Shown here one piece after another: positions 1 through 15,390 of a stretch of 64,000 bases of DNA. Source of the stretch: the human T2T-CHM13v2.0 reference genome, Homo sapiens. The notes beneath the pieces are model-generated. The model ran no database searches, was not told where the DNA came from, and was given only the letters and a program-made list of their open reading frames with translations. Within the stretch, counting starts at the first letter, position 1. The number at the start of each line of letters is the position of its first letter. The position numbers and the translations under genes are program-made. The stretch lies in NCBI RefSeq assembly GCF_009914755.1, contig NC_060933.1; one strand, 5' to 3'.

Positions 1-1234
1 GAGAGAATATATATCTCTTTGATTTAAAAACTTTTCCTAAAATGAATAGTTTTCTACTAAACCTCTGGTGCTAAAACAACTGACTGTTTTTTTGGTTGCT
101 TTTTATAGCACTTGAATTCATCTTTTATTGCGTTATTATATTCCGTCCAAGCAATGAGAGTCAGAAGCAGAAACACAATATAACTTTCCTATCTATATAT
201 TGTGTCTGTTACCTTTGTTCAGATATAATCAGTACCAAGTATTAGGTTATAGTAATTTGCTTAGTGAAGTGGGATGCCAGAAAACACCAATCATATTGAT
301 GTCTACTGATACCTTTCAAAACTGTTTAACCTCTGAATATTTTTCAGCAGACTGTTGTTAAACAGTTTTAGACAGTTAAACCATGGTTATTTTTAAACAG
401 CTTTAAACACTTACACAATGGTTATTTTCCCCCTTCTTATAACTTCTTCTTTTCACCTTGCTGCAAAGCAGAAACACTGATACCATGCCTAGGACAGATG
501 TTACTACAAGCAAAATTAGATAGTCTCAAGGCAGTGCAAAAAGTTTAGGATAAGACAGAACTTGGTAATGGGTATCTCTCTTTATGGCTTGTCTCTCTAT
601 ATGGCTTGTCATGTAACTGAAGGAGAAATCTAAGTGCAGTGTATTTCTTTTTTTAAGGGTTTTTTCCTCCAACCAGATAAAATATTCTATATTAAAAGAT
701 TGAAAAATAAAGTTATAAGAGAAATAAAAATCACCCATCATTCTACCACCCAGAGATTACTACTTACAGGAATTCCATTTGAATATCAGAATGCACAGCA
801 TCAGCTTTAGGGACCAAATAGCAGCTTTGAAATTTTATCTTCAGGGAGGCTCTAATTAGTATGCTGTAAGCCGCTTCACATGGATATTGGAAAACATTTT
901 GATGCAGGCAGAAGGATGCTTTGAATCTGTTGTCCTTAACCTTTTGGGTCTGTCCAGTAGCAAAATGTGTACTGAGAGTTTTCAAAGCTAGGGAGAACAC
1001 AGAGTTATTCACAACAATGAGCCAGCTCCAAGGTATTCCTAGACAACTTGTGAGGGAAGTGGAAATTGTGCAGAAACTGTCTTGAAAAGGCAAAGATTCC
1101 AAGACAGTAAGCCTGCAGATCAAGGACACTGCACTCTAAGAGTTCCCATTGGGTCCTAGGAGTACAGCAACACCTCTTGGCTGTTCTAGAGCAGTAGTCT
1201 TGTTAATAGTGCTCTCGTTTAACTGTTGTATTTG

Positions 1235-1690
1235 ACTTGACTGGTATTTATAAAATGCTTCCGTGTGCTAGCCACTGACCTGGGTGTTAGGGATAAAACA
1301 GTAAACAAGACAGACATGGTCCTTGCCCTTATGGAACTTTCTGTCCAATGGGAAAATAAACATTGAACAAATAATGATAAGCCTGCAATGGTTATGAAGG
1401 AGAAGTACAGGATGCTGAGGGAATGTCTAAACAGGAGACTCTACATAGTCTGATGAGTCAAGTAAAGCTTCCAGGGGAGGTGGCTGTTAAACTAAAACCT
1501 GACAGATGGGTTAGTGTGAGTTAGGTAAAGAGGGAGGAGAAAAGCACCTCAGACAAAAGAAACAGATTGTGCCAAAGCCCTGAGATAGAAAAGCATAGTA
1601 TTTTCAGGAAGCTGAAAGAAATTCAGTAAGAAGAGAGTTGCTCAGGAAGAAGCTGAAGAGGCAAGCAGAGGCCAGGTCACTTCATTAAGG
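1235..1690 (-). mobile_element. L2 LINE 3' fragment
   Basis: gggataaaacagtaaacaagacagacatggtccttgcccttatggaact resembles the reverse-complemented L2 3' end. Confidence 0.65.
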
Positions 1691-1789
1691 AGTCATCATT
1701 TGGTGGAAACACAGCGGGTCTCAGCCTTGAGGTCACCCAGGATCCATGGCCTCTGGCTGACTTTGATTTCTAGAAAAATTACAAATCTT

Positions 1790-2077
1790 GGTCAGGCACA
1801 TTGGCTTATGCCTGTAATCTCAGCACTTTAGGAGGTCAAGGCAGGAGAATTGCTTGAGGTGAGGAATTTGAGACCAGCCTGGGCAACATAACAAGGCTCT
1901 GTCTCTACAAAAAATAAATTTAAAAAAATTAGCTGGGCATGGTGATGCATGCTTGTAGTTCCATCTGCTCAGGAGGCTGAGGTGGGAGGATTGCTTGATC
2001 CCAGAAATTCAAGGTTGCAGAGCTATGATGGCACCACTGCACTCCAGCCTGGGTGACAGCATGAGACCTGTCTTAAA
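1790..2077 (+). mobile_element. Alu (AluJ-like)
   Basis: Dimeric Alu with A-rich linker; strongly diverged. Confidence 0.92.
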
Positions 2078-3179
2078 TTCCAAATCCTGCAACAATGACT
2101 GCTGAACACCAGAGATTTTATTGAAAATTTCTACTCTCTGAAACGGGTAAAGAAACCTCTCCATTCTTACATTAGCCAGAATATCTGTCTCCCATGTCTT
2201 GCCTGAAGCTGTTAGAGAGCTGAGGGGCTCATTGGTGGGCAGAACTAGATGCACTCAGCTAAGGAGAATTTCTGTCAGTAGCCCCAAGACCTACTGGTAG
2301 GCAACCAGCAGGTAGCTGGGAAACATTCTATGTTGGGCTGGAGGCACACCAAGCCTTAATTATAAAACATAACATTTTGTGAATGACAAAATTATAGAAC
2401 ATAAAATGTTGTGAATGAGGAAAAACTGCCTAATTACACTAATTATTCATAGCTTCTACAAGGATGTTTTACTGTTAATCTGGTTTTATTATATATCATT
2501 TTCCTATTCATTAGAAATCACTGAGCTTTAAGTTGTTTCATATCTAATCCTGCAGACTCTTAAAAATTCTTAAAATTCTGAGTTGCATCAGTATAGCAGT
2601 TTCTCTAATATCAAAGGAGGCAAGAGTTTCTGTCACTTACATAGAGATGTTTTTATATTTGGGGATGTTCAGGAATCTAACTTAATTTTAATTACGGTAA
2701 TTAATTGTATGAGATAATAAAGCACCTTTTTGCCCATGTAAAATGAATTGCCTTTTTAAAAAGCCTGGAACTTCTGGGGTAAAACCAAAACAACTTGGAT
2801 TTCTAAGGAAATGGAACATAAACAGCAATCGATATCCTCAGGCTTAGTGGTATTGAATATACTCTATATATTGAATATATTCTAAATAATGCCAGCAGAA
2901 GCAGAAGTGAAGAGGTAAACTGAAGACTTGGAAGTATAATCATAATATTTTTTAAATGGAATCTAACTTATTTTCCATTTTTTCACCAGTGAAAAGAAAT
3001 ATATAATGAACACATGATTGGAACAATTTTTAAATTTAAATTCGGTGAACGTCTGAGTAGAAAAAAGATAAAATAGCACTGTTGTGAAATCAGAATAGCG
3101 AAGTTGAGGAATAATGAGAAGTTGCTGTTCTGGAACTTGAAACAGAAACTACCCATAAGGCCCCATAGTACACTAGAAG

Positions 3180-3385
3180 GAGTTTGGGCTTTGAGGTAGA
3201 TTTTTACCTTATCATTTCTTAGCTGTATACCTTTCAGCATACAGACCATCCTCTCAGTGCCACAATCTACTCTAAAATGTCACTAATTCTACCCATGTCA
3301 TAGGGTGGTTGTGAGAATTAGATAAAATATATAAAGCAGCTATTAATGTGGTATCAGAAACATAATAGGTGTTTAGTAAAAGACA
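3180..3385 (+). mobile_element. MIR
   Basis: catagggtggttgtgagaattagataaaatatataaagc matches the MIR core. Confidence 0.65.
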
Positions 3386-5091
3386 ACTGCTGTTAATTTT
3401 TGAGAGGCACCCCAGCCTAAAGCAGGCCAAAACCCACTGCTCAACCAGGGACATGCCCAGCAAGCTCTACAAGGAAACTGAATACAAACAGAGGAAAAGC
3501 TAAAGAGGGAAAAACAAAACTTTAACTTGAAAAGAAATAAAGAGCAGTGGAGGAAATGAAGTCAAAATAAACTCCAAGCCAAAGAGAGTTCCTGACGTTT
3601 TAACAATCCATGAATGGATCCCAGTCCCCCTACCCTCCCTGCACCTGCCCCAACTCCTGCCCAAGGTAATGAGAGCAAGGAATAATGAGAGCAAGGAATG
3701 TGTCCAATGCACATTGAAAGCCACAGCTACTGGCCAAAAGCAATTCCAAAAAGCTCTGCACATGTTCAACTAGGAGAAGACTCCATTATCTTCCTTAAGG
3801 AACATGAGCAAGAGGCCTAACCTCAGGCCATGCTAAAGGGAAATGACTTGAAGTTTATCCTAATATAAATAATTGCAATGTGTGTCTAAAGAGCATTGGT
3901 GAAAGGTCTTTCCTAGTTAAAGGGGTGGGAGTAAGCGGAAGTGTTGACCTTGAAGTACATGGAGTCTATTAAATGACTCATCTAAGATGGCAGAGAAGAG
4001 TTTCTCTAAGTAGATGGTTTGTCAACAGTCAAGGATTACCCTCTACAAGGATCTTTTTACTTTTACCTTTGATTAAGTCTCTGTGGAATATGCTACAAAA
4101 CCTTAACTTTCTCAAAGAGAATTGACTGAAAAACTGTAACCATTTCTGAATATCTTGGGCTTATCATCACTAGCCTCAGTACCTTCTGGCAGAGATGGCT
4201 GTGGTTGTAGGTGATATGGAACGGTGGATTGGATGGGTTTAGCTCCTGCATACAGGGTACACCACACCGGCTGCCCTTGCATGTTTCACATCTGTCCTGA
4301 TCAGTGCATCTGCATTGTGACATAGTGATGCCATTGGGGACCATTTCCCTATCTCTTTCTCAGTTGTCTGACTTTTCCAGCACTCGTCAGCTTTAGCATA
4401 AAAAGGCCACCTCTTAAGGAAGTCATCAGCTGGTCAACCTTTCTGTGAACTGGCTAATCGTAGGGTGCAAGCTTCTGGTCAGTGACTTTGATGTTTTAGT
4501 TGTTGCTAGGCACTCAGGGATCTTTTATTCACTACTGAAGTCAAGTTTTAAAATGGGATTATTTTTTGCTTTTTCTTTGTTGTTTTTGTTTGTTTTGAGC
4601 TCATAACCATTATTAATGCTTGCAGTGCTAGAAAGCAGGTCTCTAGGTAAATGTGATTTTGCTGTACTGTCTCAGGTTTGTATTGGGTGGTGACCATATA
4701 AAATGAAATTTAGAACTTAATTTAAAACTTCAACAAAAATGACTACTACCCTGTGGAAACAAAACTGTGCCCATATAAATGCTTTGGAAAGCTTGATTTA
4801 ACTGGACAATACCAATTCTGTTATAGAACCCTAAAGAATATTCTAATTTCAGAAGAAAGAGTAAGCTTACCTCAGAGGCCCATGCTAAAGAATTAGCAGG
4901 TAAGCCTTCATAGACTCAAAGGAGTTTGGCTTCAAGAACTTTTAAGTTTACAGCACAGGTAAAACTAGAAAGAAAGAAGTAAAGACCCTTAGAGTTAAGG
5001 AGAAGCAAGTTTCTAGGCGTGTAGGATGAAGACTTCTATTTGTCTGAACAAACAGACTCCTGAAGAAATTCATATTTTAAGTTTTTGGGCC

Positions 5092-5861
5092 TGTTTTGGA
5101 AAAAATACTCAAACTATGTTTTTCCTCTGCTGTCACACCACAACAATCAACACAGAAGGCTTCTGTGACCAAATGTGGGCGTTTTCCCCAGAAACCAAGC
5201 AGCGGACACCAGCTGGGTGCCCTCTAATTTAATACTAACACTGTCTACCTGGAGATAGCATCAGATCCCACAGGGTGAAGGCTCAATCCCCAAAATTGCT
5301 GGTCCTCTACATATACACTAGTTGCGCAGATCCAGGCCTCCAGAACTTCTGACTGACCAGCTTCAAATTGGGGTTCCCAAAACCTCCTCTTTGGGTTTGA
5401 TTAATTTGCTGGAGTGGCTCGCAGAACTCAGGCAAACAGTTATATTTACTGATTTATTACAAAGGATATTACAGAGGATACAGATGAAGAAATGCATAAA
5501 TGGGGGAAGCAGCATGGAGTCTCTGTGCCCTCCCTGGGCCTGCCACCCTCCAGGCAGCCCTCCAAACCTGTCATCTTGGGGTTTTATGGAGGCTTCATTA
5601 CGCAGGCATGTTGATTAAACCATTGACCATTGGTGATCAGCTTGACCTTCAGTGCCTCTTCCCTCCCGGCATTTGAATGGTGGGGCCAAAAGTTTCAACC
5701 CTCTAATCCTGCCTTGGACTTTCTGGTAAGCAGCCCTACCCTGAAGCTCTCAGTCAGTATTAGCATAGAAAAAGATAAGCTCTTTGGAGATTCCAGGGAT
5801 TTTAGGAATTGTATTTAGGAAACTGGGAAGGAAGACCAAATATATATTTCACGGTATCACA
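5092..5861 (-). mobile_element. MER21-family LTR
   Basis: Reverse complement starts tgtgataccgtgaaatatatatttggtcttc. Homologous to the element at 6765-7920. Confidence 0.75.
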
Positions 5862-6764
5862 GCCTCACATCTGCCAAGCCTAGTATTTCTGCTCCAAACT
5901 TACAGAAATCCAGAGGGGTGTGAGGGAAGTGTCTCATTCAAATTGTGATTCCAACTGTGGCAGAAATCAAACTGATTATCATGAACTTACGGGAATAGAA
6001 AGTTTAAGGCGTATTAGGTACAGCATCTTCTGATGATCAGCAAAGGAAAGGGCTTGACTCCATGGTGTAGGGAGTTCATCTTTAATGTTACCTGTCTCTC
6101 CTGCTGGAGGTGGGGGTGGGAGTGTACACATGGTACGTGAAGTTACAAGTCATGCTAGTTCCCAGTCGTTGGACTGATGGATTTTTTGGGTGGACATTCA
6201 GAACCAAAGAGAAAATTACAGAGCCACAAAACAAAGAAAACATGAAGGACAAGGATAGGAGTATTGTCCTGAGTCTTCTCCCACAGTAGAGGAGGCCTTC
6301 TGACTCCCTCCTTAGGTATATGCCTGAATCAAGTGGGCTAAAGGAACTAGATGCCGTAAAAGTTCCCTTTTGAGAGATCTACCTGAAGTGGTTAGCAGTT
6401 GATTATCACACTAAGGAAATAATAAAAGCCATGTTTCAAGTAGATGTTGGCTTGCCTTGGTCATTTGTGAAGACCATAAGATGGCTGTTCTGTCTTGGGA
6501 AATGAGGCAGGAGATGAACATGTAAATCTTTTCAGATGCACCAGAGCCCAGTAAAGAATGGACACCACACTGTCCATTATAGCAATTCTTTATCTTTAGC
6601 AAGGTTCTTGTGGGATACATATAGTAGTAGGTCTCTTTCCTAAACCTATTTGCCAGAAAATTAAAAAGAGGTGGCACTTTTTGTAGATGACAGATGGTGA
6701 TCACAGTAGAATGCCCAGGAAAAGCAAATTTCTATTCATATGAAAATTTAGAGAGTTTGAGCTG

Positions 6765-7920
6765 GGTGATATTGTAAAATATATATTTGGCCTTCTCCAT
6801 TCTCTGGCATACAATTCCTAAAATCCAAAGTGACTCTCCAAAGTTAGGTCTCTTTTTTTTTTTTTTTAAACTAATGAGTGATGACTGGCAACCCCTAGTA
6901 GCTTTAGGATGGGGCTGGTCACCAGAAAGACCAACGCATGATTAGAGGGTTGGGACTTTCAGCCCCAACCAACCTCTGGGGAAGGTAGAGGGCCTAAAGA
7001 TTAGGTTGATCGCCAGTGGCCAATGACTTAACCAATCATGCCTGCGGAATGATGCCTCCCTAAAAACCCAAAGCAGGAAGAGCTTCCAGATAGCCAAACA
7101 TATGGAGCTTCCTGTAGGGTAGCAGAGAGGGCATGGAAGCTCCACACTCCTTCCGGCATACGTCACACTAAGCATCTCTTCATTGGTATTTTTTTGTAAT
7201 ATCCTTTAATTTATACATATATCTGCCATACACACACACACGTGTATTTTTTTAGAGACAGGTTTTGCTCTGTCCCTTAGGCTGGAGTGCAGTGCCACCA
7301 TCATAACTCACTGCAGCCTGGACATCCTGGGCTCAAGCAGTCTTCCCACCCCAGCCTTCCAAAGTGCTGGGATTATAGATGCACACTATCACATCCAGCT
7401 AATTTTTAAAATTTTTTTGTTGAGATTCTCACTATGTTGCCCCGGCTGGTCTTCAACTATTAGTCTGAAGTGAGTTATCCTCCTGCCCCAGGCTCCCAAA
7501 GTGCTGGGATTATAGGCGTGCGCTGCTGCACCCAGCCATATCCTTCATAGTAAACCAGTAAACATGTTTCCCTGATTTCTGTGAGCCACTGTAGCAAATT
7601 AAAACTAAAGAGAGGGTCTTGGGAACCCCAGCTTGATCCAGGTGGTCAGAAGTTCCAGAGCCGCAGGCTTGTAACTGGTGTCTGAAGAGGAGACAGTCTT
7701 GTGGGACTGAGCCCTCAACCTGTGGGATCTGATGCTGTCTCCAGGTAGATAGTGTCAGAATTGAGTTGGTGGAATTCAGCTGATATCCAATGCAGAATTA
7801 ATTGATTGACTGAAGTGGGGAGACCCCCCCACCCATTTGGTCACACAAGTCTTCTGTGTTGATGATTGTTGTTGAATGAGAAAATAGGAAAAACTTGTTT
7901 GTGTTTTCCATACTCATAAC
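6765..7920 (+). mobile_element. MER21-family LTR, interrupted by an Alu
   Basis: Starts gtgatattgtaaaatatatatttggcc. Contains ggatggggctggtcaccagaaagacc and ctgtgggatctgatgctgtctccaggtagatagtgtcagaattg. Confidence 0.78.
7247..7537 (-). mobile_element. Alu (AluJ-like) inserted in the MER21 LTR
   Basis: Antisense Alu. TSD ATATCCTT at 7199-7206 and 7538-7545; the tail region has decayed into TA/CA repeats. Confidence 0.9.
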
Positions 7921-8012
7921 TGAAAAAGAATTATATTTGCTTTAAATTATATTTTTTAACTTTAAAAGGAGTTTCATGAATTGTTGCCTTTGAATTGAAA
8001 AACCCCTCAGCT

Positions 8013-8347
<335 letters not shown>

Positions 8348-10144
8348 TTATTTGAATGTATAGAAGCCAAATCATTGGAGAACAAGTGAAATGTAGGCAC
8401 ATAACTAACTGTTTTGAGATAAAAGAATAAACCATTAAAGACTGGAAAGTGCTTACAATTCAAGGAACTGGTCATTAGAGTGGGATATGGTTATCTACTT
8501 TAAACAATAAGAATAATATAAAACTGCTGAGGGAAAAAATCTGTCTTCTAATTCAGATGATTATTTGGCTATGGTTTGTACTTTGGGTAAATTCAGACTT
8601 ATTGGTCAAAAATTCACTTTATAGGCTGACTGGCAAAGTTTGACTTAAATGCTGCAGACACAGCCCTGGAAGCTTAGTACCTCCAGATGATCTTTAAGTA
8701 TTATTCTGGAATAAAAGCCAGAAAAAAATGGGAATTCTGCTCTTGCCCTGGACCAACTCAAGTGGACATAACGTCCCTAACTTCAGTTAAGACAGCAGTT
8801 CCTATTTGGAAGAACTTGTGCTGGTCATGTCAGAGGTCATTGTTAGAGGTTTGATAGGTATGTTATTAGGTAATTGGCACTAATCACATCTAAGGCACAG
8901 ATGGAATGGCAGTCTGGGGACTGGGAGAGGGGAGACTAAGCAATGAAGCATCCCAGATTCTCAGTACACTCCTTGGAAAGAAAAAGATAATAAAGCCGAA
9001 GAACCCTCTTACCTTCTTTGGGTTAGAAGAAGGCTATATGGACAGTGGGGGATGGGGCTTAGGAAGTTATTTTAGATAAGATGGGTTATCGTCCACTGAA
9101 AGTAGTTTCTACCACCCACTTCAGAGAAAGTATTGAGATTGGTATGTGAAAACTGAAGAAAAGTTTTAAGGTGGGCTTTACAGGCTCATCTGGGTTTGGC
9201 TGCAGAGAACCACCACATCTAAATCTAAAATTAGTCAAGTGCTGCATAACAACATTTTGGTCAATGATGGACTGTATGTATACACAATGGTGGTCCCATA
9301 AGATTATAATGGAGCTGGGGGCGGGGGGCAAGAAAGCTGACTAGAAGCAGCAGCTTTTGGAGGCTCCCATCGAAAAAAACCATAATAAGTGTGTGAATCC
9401 TTCATTGGCAACCCAGGGTATCCAGGTTCTCTCAGCAAAGTAGAGTAGAAGGCTGGCATGACTCACAGAGAGAATGAAGAACAGTATGGTACGGCAGCCC
9501 ACCTGAGAGCCACATGGGGAAGGGGAACCCTTTTCCCCCAGCCAAGGGAGGCAGTGAGTGAGCAACCCATCAGTGTGCTATGTTCAGGAGACCCATCTTA
9601 CATGCAAAGACACACACAGGCTCAAAATAAAGGGATGGAGGAAAATTTACCAAGCAAATGGAAAGCAAAAAAATAAAAAAGCAGGTGTTGCAATCCTAGT
9701 CTCTGACAAAATGGACTTTAAACCAACAAAGATAAAAAAAGACAAAGAAGGGCATTACATAATAGTAAAGGGAACAATTCAACAAGAAGAGCTGACTATT
9801 CTAAATATATATGCACCCAATACAAGAGCGCGCAGATTCATGAAACAAGTTCTTAGACACCTACAAAGAGACTTAGACTCCCACAGAATAGTAGTGGGAG
9901 ACTTTAACACCCCGCTGTCAATATTAGACCAACAAGACAGAAAATTAACAATGATATTCAGGACTTGAACTCAGCTCTGGATCAAGTGGACCTAATAGAC
10001 ATTTACAGAACTCTCTACCCCAAATCAACAGAATATACATTCTTCACAGCACCACATGGCACTTATTCTGAAATTGACCGCATATTTGGAAGTAAAATGC
10101 TCCTCAGCAAATGCAAAAGAACTGAAATTATAAAAAACAGTCTC

Positions 10145-10432
10145 GGCTGGGTGTGATGGCTCACGCCTGTAATCCCAGCACTTTGGGAGGCTGAGGTGGG
10201 TGGATCACGAGGTCAGGAGATTGAGACCATCCTGACTAACATGGTGAAACCCCATCTCTACTAAAAATACAAAAAATTAGCCGGGTGTGGTGGCAGGCAC
10301 CTGTAGTCCCAGCTACTCAGGAGGCTGAGGGAGGAAAAATGGCGTGCACCAGGGAGGCAGAGCTTGCAGTGAGCCGAGATCGTGCCACTGCACTCCAGCC
10401 TGGGGGACAGAGCAAGACTCCGTCACAATAAA
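10145..10432 (+). mobile_element. Alu (AluY/Sc-like) inside L1 ORF2
   Basis: Full dimer with gagattgagaccatcctgactaac and gagcttgcagtgagccgagat. Confidence 0.92.
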
Positions 10433-10882
10433 AGAGAGAACGCAGTGCAGTTAGATTAGAATTCAGGATTAAGAAACTCACTTAAAACCACACAATTTCA
10501 TGGAAATTGAACAACCTGCTCCTGAATGACTCCTGGGTAAATAATGAAATTAAGACAGAAATCAAGAAGTTCTTTGAAACAAATAAGAACAAACAGACAA
10601 TGTACCAGAATCTCTGAGACACAGCTAATGCAGTGTTAAGAGGGAAATGTATAGTCTAAATGCCCACATCAGAAATCTAGTAAGATCTCAAATCGACACC
10701 CTAACATCACAAAAGAGCTAGAAAAGCAAGAGCAAACTAATTCAAAAGCTTGCAGAAGACAAGAAATAACTAAGATCAGAGAAGAATTGAAGGAGATGGA
10801 GACAGGAAAAACCCTCCAAAAAATCGACGAATCCAAGAGCAGTTTTTCTTTTTGAAGATTAACGAAATAGACCTCTAGCTAG

Positions 10883-10981
<99 letters not shown>

Positions 10982-13301
10982 TAGTATAAACACCTCTACA
11001 CAAATAAACTAGAAAATCTAGAAGAAATGAATAAATTCCTGGATGCATACACCCTACCAAGACTAAACCAGGAAGAAATCGAATCCCTGAGTAGACCAAT
11101 AACAAGCTCTGAAATTGAGGTAGTAATTAATAGCCTACCAACCAAAAAAAGCCCGGGCCCAGGTGGATTCACAGCTGAATTCTACCAGAAATACAAGAGG
11201 AACTGGTACCCTTCCTTCTGAAACTATTCCAAACAATTGAAAAGGAGGGACTTTGCCCTAACTCATTTTATGAAGCCAGCATCATCCTGATACCAAAACT
11301 GGGAAGAGATGCACAACAACAAAAAAACTTCAGCCAATATCCCTGATGAACATCAATGTGAAAATCCTCAAGAAAATACTGGCAAACTGAATCCAGCAAC
11401 ACATCAAAAAACTTATCCACCATGATCAAGTCGGCTTCATCCCTGGGATGCAAGCCTGGTTCAACATATGTAAATCAGTAAATGTAATCCATCACATAAA
11501 CAGAACCAAAGACAAAAACCACATGATTATCTCAATAGATGCAGAAAAGGCCTTTGATAAAATTCAGTATCCCTCCATGTTAAAAACTCTGAATAAACTA
11601 CGTATTGATGGAACATACCTCAAAATATGAAGAGTTATTCATGACAAATCACAGCCAATATCATATTGAATGTGCAAAAGCTGGAAGCATTCTCTTTGAA
11701 AACTGGTACAAGATGAGGATGCCCTCTCTCACCACTCCTATTCAACATAGTGTTGGAAGTTCTGGCCAGGGCAATCAGGCAAAAGAAAGAAATAAAGGGT
11801 ATTCAAATAGGAAGAGAGGGAGCCAAGTTGTCTCTGTTTGCAGATGACATGATTTTATATTTAGAAAACCCCATTATCTCAGCCCAAAAACTTCTTGAAC
11901 TGATAAGCAACTTCAGCAAAGTCTTAGGATACAAAACCAACATGCAAAAATCACAAGCATTTCTTTACACCAACAATAGGCAAGCAGAGAGCCAAATCAT
12001 GAATGAACTCCCATTGGCGATCGCTACAAAGAGAATAAAATACCTAGGAACACAGCTAACAAAGGACATGAAGGACCTCTTCAAAGACAACTACAAACCA
12101 CTGCTCAAGGAAATAAGAGAGGACACAAACAAATGGAAAAATATTCCATCCTCATGGATAGGAAGAATCAATATCATGAAAATGGCCATACTGCCCAAAG
12201 TGATTTCTAGATTAAATGCTATTCTCATCAAACTACCATTGACATTCTTCACAGAATTAGAAAAAACTATGTTAAATTTCATATGGAATCAAAGAAGACC
12301 CCTTATAGCCAAGACAATCCTAGCAAAAAAAGCAAAGCTGGAGGCATCACACTATCTGACTTCAGACTGACTATACTACAAGGCTAGAGAAACCAAAACA
12401 AGTTGGTACTGGTACCAAAGCAGACAAATAGACCAATGGAGCAGAACAGAGACCTCAGAAATAACACCACACATCTACAACCATCTGATTTCAACAAACC
12501 TGACAAAAGCAATGGGGAAAGGATCTCCTATTCAGTAAATGATGCTGGGAAAACTGGCTAGCCATATTCAGAAAACTGAAACTGGACCCCTTCCTTACAC
12601 CTTATACAAAAAATAACTCAGGATGAATTAAAGACTTAAATGTAAAACCCCAAACCATAAAAACCCTAGAAGAAAACCTACGCAACACCATTCAGGACAT
12701 AGGCCTGGGCAAAAACTTCATGACAAAAACACCAAAAGCAATTGCAACAAAAGCCAAAATTCACAAATGGTGTTAAACTAAAGTGCTTCTGCACAGCAAA
12801 AGAAGCTATCATCAGAGTGAACAGGCACCCTACAGAATGGGAGAAAATTTTTGCAAACTACCCATCTGACAAAGGTCTAATAATTATCTAAAATTTACAA
12901 GGAACTTAAACATATGTACAAGAAAAAAACAACCCCATCAAAAAGTGGGCAAAGGGTATGAACAGACACTTCTCAAAAGAAGACATTTACACAGCCAACA
13001 AACATGAAAAAAAGCTCAACATCACTGATCATCAGAGAAATGTTAATCAAAACCAACCACAGTGAGATACTATCTCATGCCAGGCAGAATGGCAATTATT
13101 AAAAAGTGAGGAAACAGTGTTGGTGAGGCTGTGGATAAATAGGAACACTTTTACACTGTTGGTGGGAATGTAAATTAGTTCAACTGTTGTGGAAGACAGT
13201 ATGGCGACAATTCCTCAAGGATCTAGAATCAGAAATACATTTGACCCAGCAATTCCATTACTGGCTATGTACCCAAAGGAATATAAATCATTCTACTATA
13301 A

Positions 13302-13623
<322 letters not shown>

Positions 13624-15064
13624 ACACACGTATGTTTATTGCAGTGCTATTTACAATAGCAAAGACATGGAACCAACCAAAATGCCCATCAGTGATAGAC
13701 TAGATAAAGAAAATGTGGTGCGTACACACTATGGAATACCATGCAGCCATAGAAAGGAATGAGATTATCTCCTTGCGGGGACATGGATGAAACCGGAAGC
13801 CATTATCCTCAGCAAACTAACACAGGAATGGAAAACCAAACGCCACATGTTCTCACTCCTAAGTGGGAGTTGAACATTGAGAATACATGGATACAGAGAG
13901 GGGAACAACACTTACCAGGGCCTATTAGGGGGTTATTAGGGGCCTATTAGGGTGGTTGAGGGGAGGGAACTTAGAGGGCAGGTGGATAGGTGTAGCAAAC
14001 CACTATGGCACATGTATACCTATGTAACAAACCTGCACATTCTGCACATGTATCCCATTTTTTTTAGAAGGAAAAAAGATTATAATGAACCTATATAATG
14101 GAGTAGGCTATACCATCTAGGTTTGTATAAGTACACACTATGATATTTGCACAACAGATGACACGTTTCTGAGAATGTATTCCCATCGTTAAGTGATGCA
14201 TGACTGACTACACTAATTGGGATTCTATATGGCAAGTTAATCATTCACTTATAATGCTGTTTTCCTTATCCATTGGCTCCGAAAGTGTGCGTTTCAAACC
14301 TCTGGATACCTAATCTGTATTCTTGTATCTTATTGAGTGTCATAAAGCACAGCGAAGATTGGCATTTTAAGATTTCAGATTTTAAAACATGGGTCTCTAG
14401 AGAAGTAGACTAACCATCAAGAGAAAGATGAGGAATGCTCCAACTATTTGTGTCCCTATGGCTTAAAATGAGGGACATAAACTGCGCCAATCATATAACA
14501 TGCCATTTAGAGGGATCACAGAGTGCCAGCAGGAGACCATGACAGATTACAGGAGGTGCCATTAGACCTCTGCTTTCAGTGATGCTTTAGGCTTTCCAGG
14601 TGTGGAAGTTTTCCTCAGTCCTCAAAACTTAAGCATACATTGGTAAAAGTATGAAGAGGAAAACCTAATGTTTTATATTAATATCGTTCACTTCCTATGT
14701 GATGTAGAATATGTAGTCAGACTAAAAGGAATTTTATTACCAAGTTGCCTATGTCTTTTAACTTGTCAAAACTCTTCTCTGATAACAAGATAGCGCCTTC
14801 TTTCTTTGTACATAAATGTTTATGTTCACTCTTCCTAAGCATTGTATGGAGAGTGAAGTAAAAAGTCAGTGTTCTTTACTAATAAGCTACCTAACCAGCA
14901 TACTTTAAAATTCTGTTCTTCTGGGTGGACCATGGTTCATGTAAACTTGTAATTATTACCCTAAGGGGTTAAATTGCAGCTAAGGGGTAGGTAAAATAGG
15001 ATCTGACAAAATAGAAATATTTTGGAAGGCAAGGAATTTTAACTTCAGTCTAATGGTCTCGTAC

Positions 15065-15390
15065 AGGGTTCAAGAAACTGCTTTTGTAAAGGTCCATGGT
15101 AAATGTTTAGGCTCTGCAGGCCAAGAGCTGCAACTAACAGATGCAGTCCATCACAGTTATTCAACTGTGTCACTGTAGAGCAAAAGCAGCCAGAGAGAAT
15201 ATGTAAATAAATGAGCATGACTGTGTTCCAATAAAACTTTATGTATATTGAGTTTCATATAATTTTTGCAAGTTATGAAATAATTCTTTTGATTTTTTTT
15301 CTAGCATTTGAAAATATAAAAATCATTTTTTAGCCCATGAGCCATGAACTGCATTGGGCCATGCTCTAGTAGTAGAGCTGACCTCTGCTC
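15065..15390 (+). mobile_element. MER58-like hAT DNA element
   Basis: aaagcagccagagagaatatgtaaataaatgagcatgactgtgttccaataaaactttat. Confidence 0.7.
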
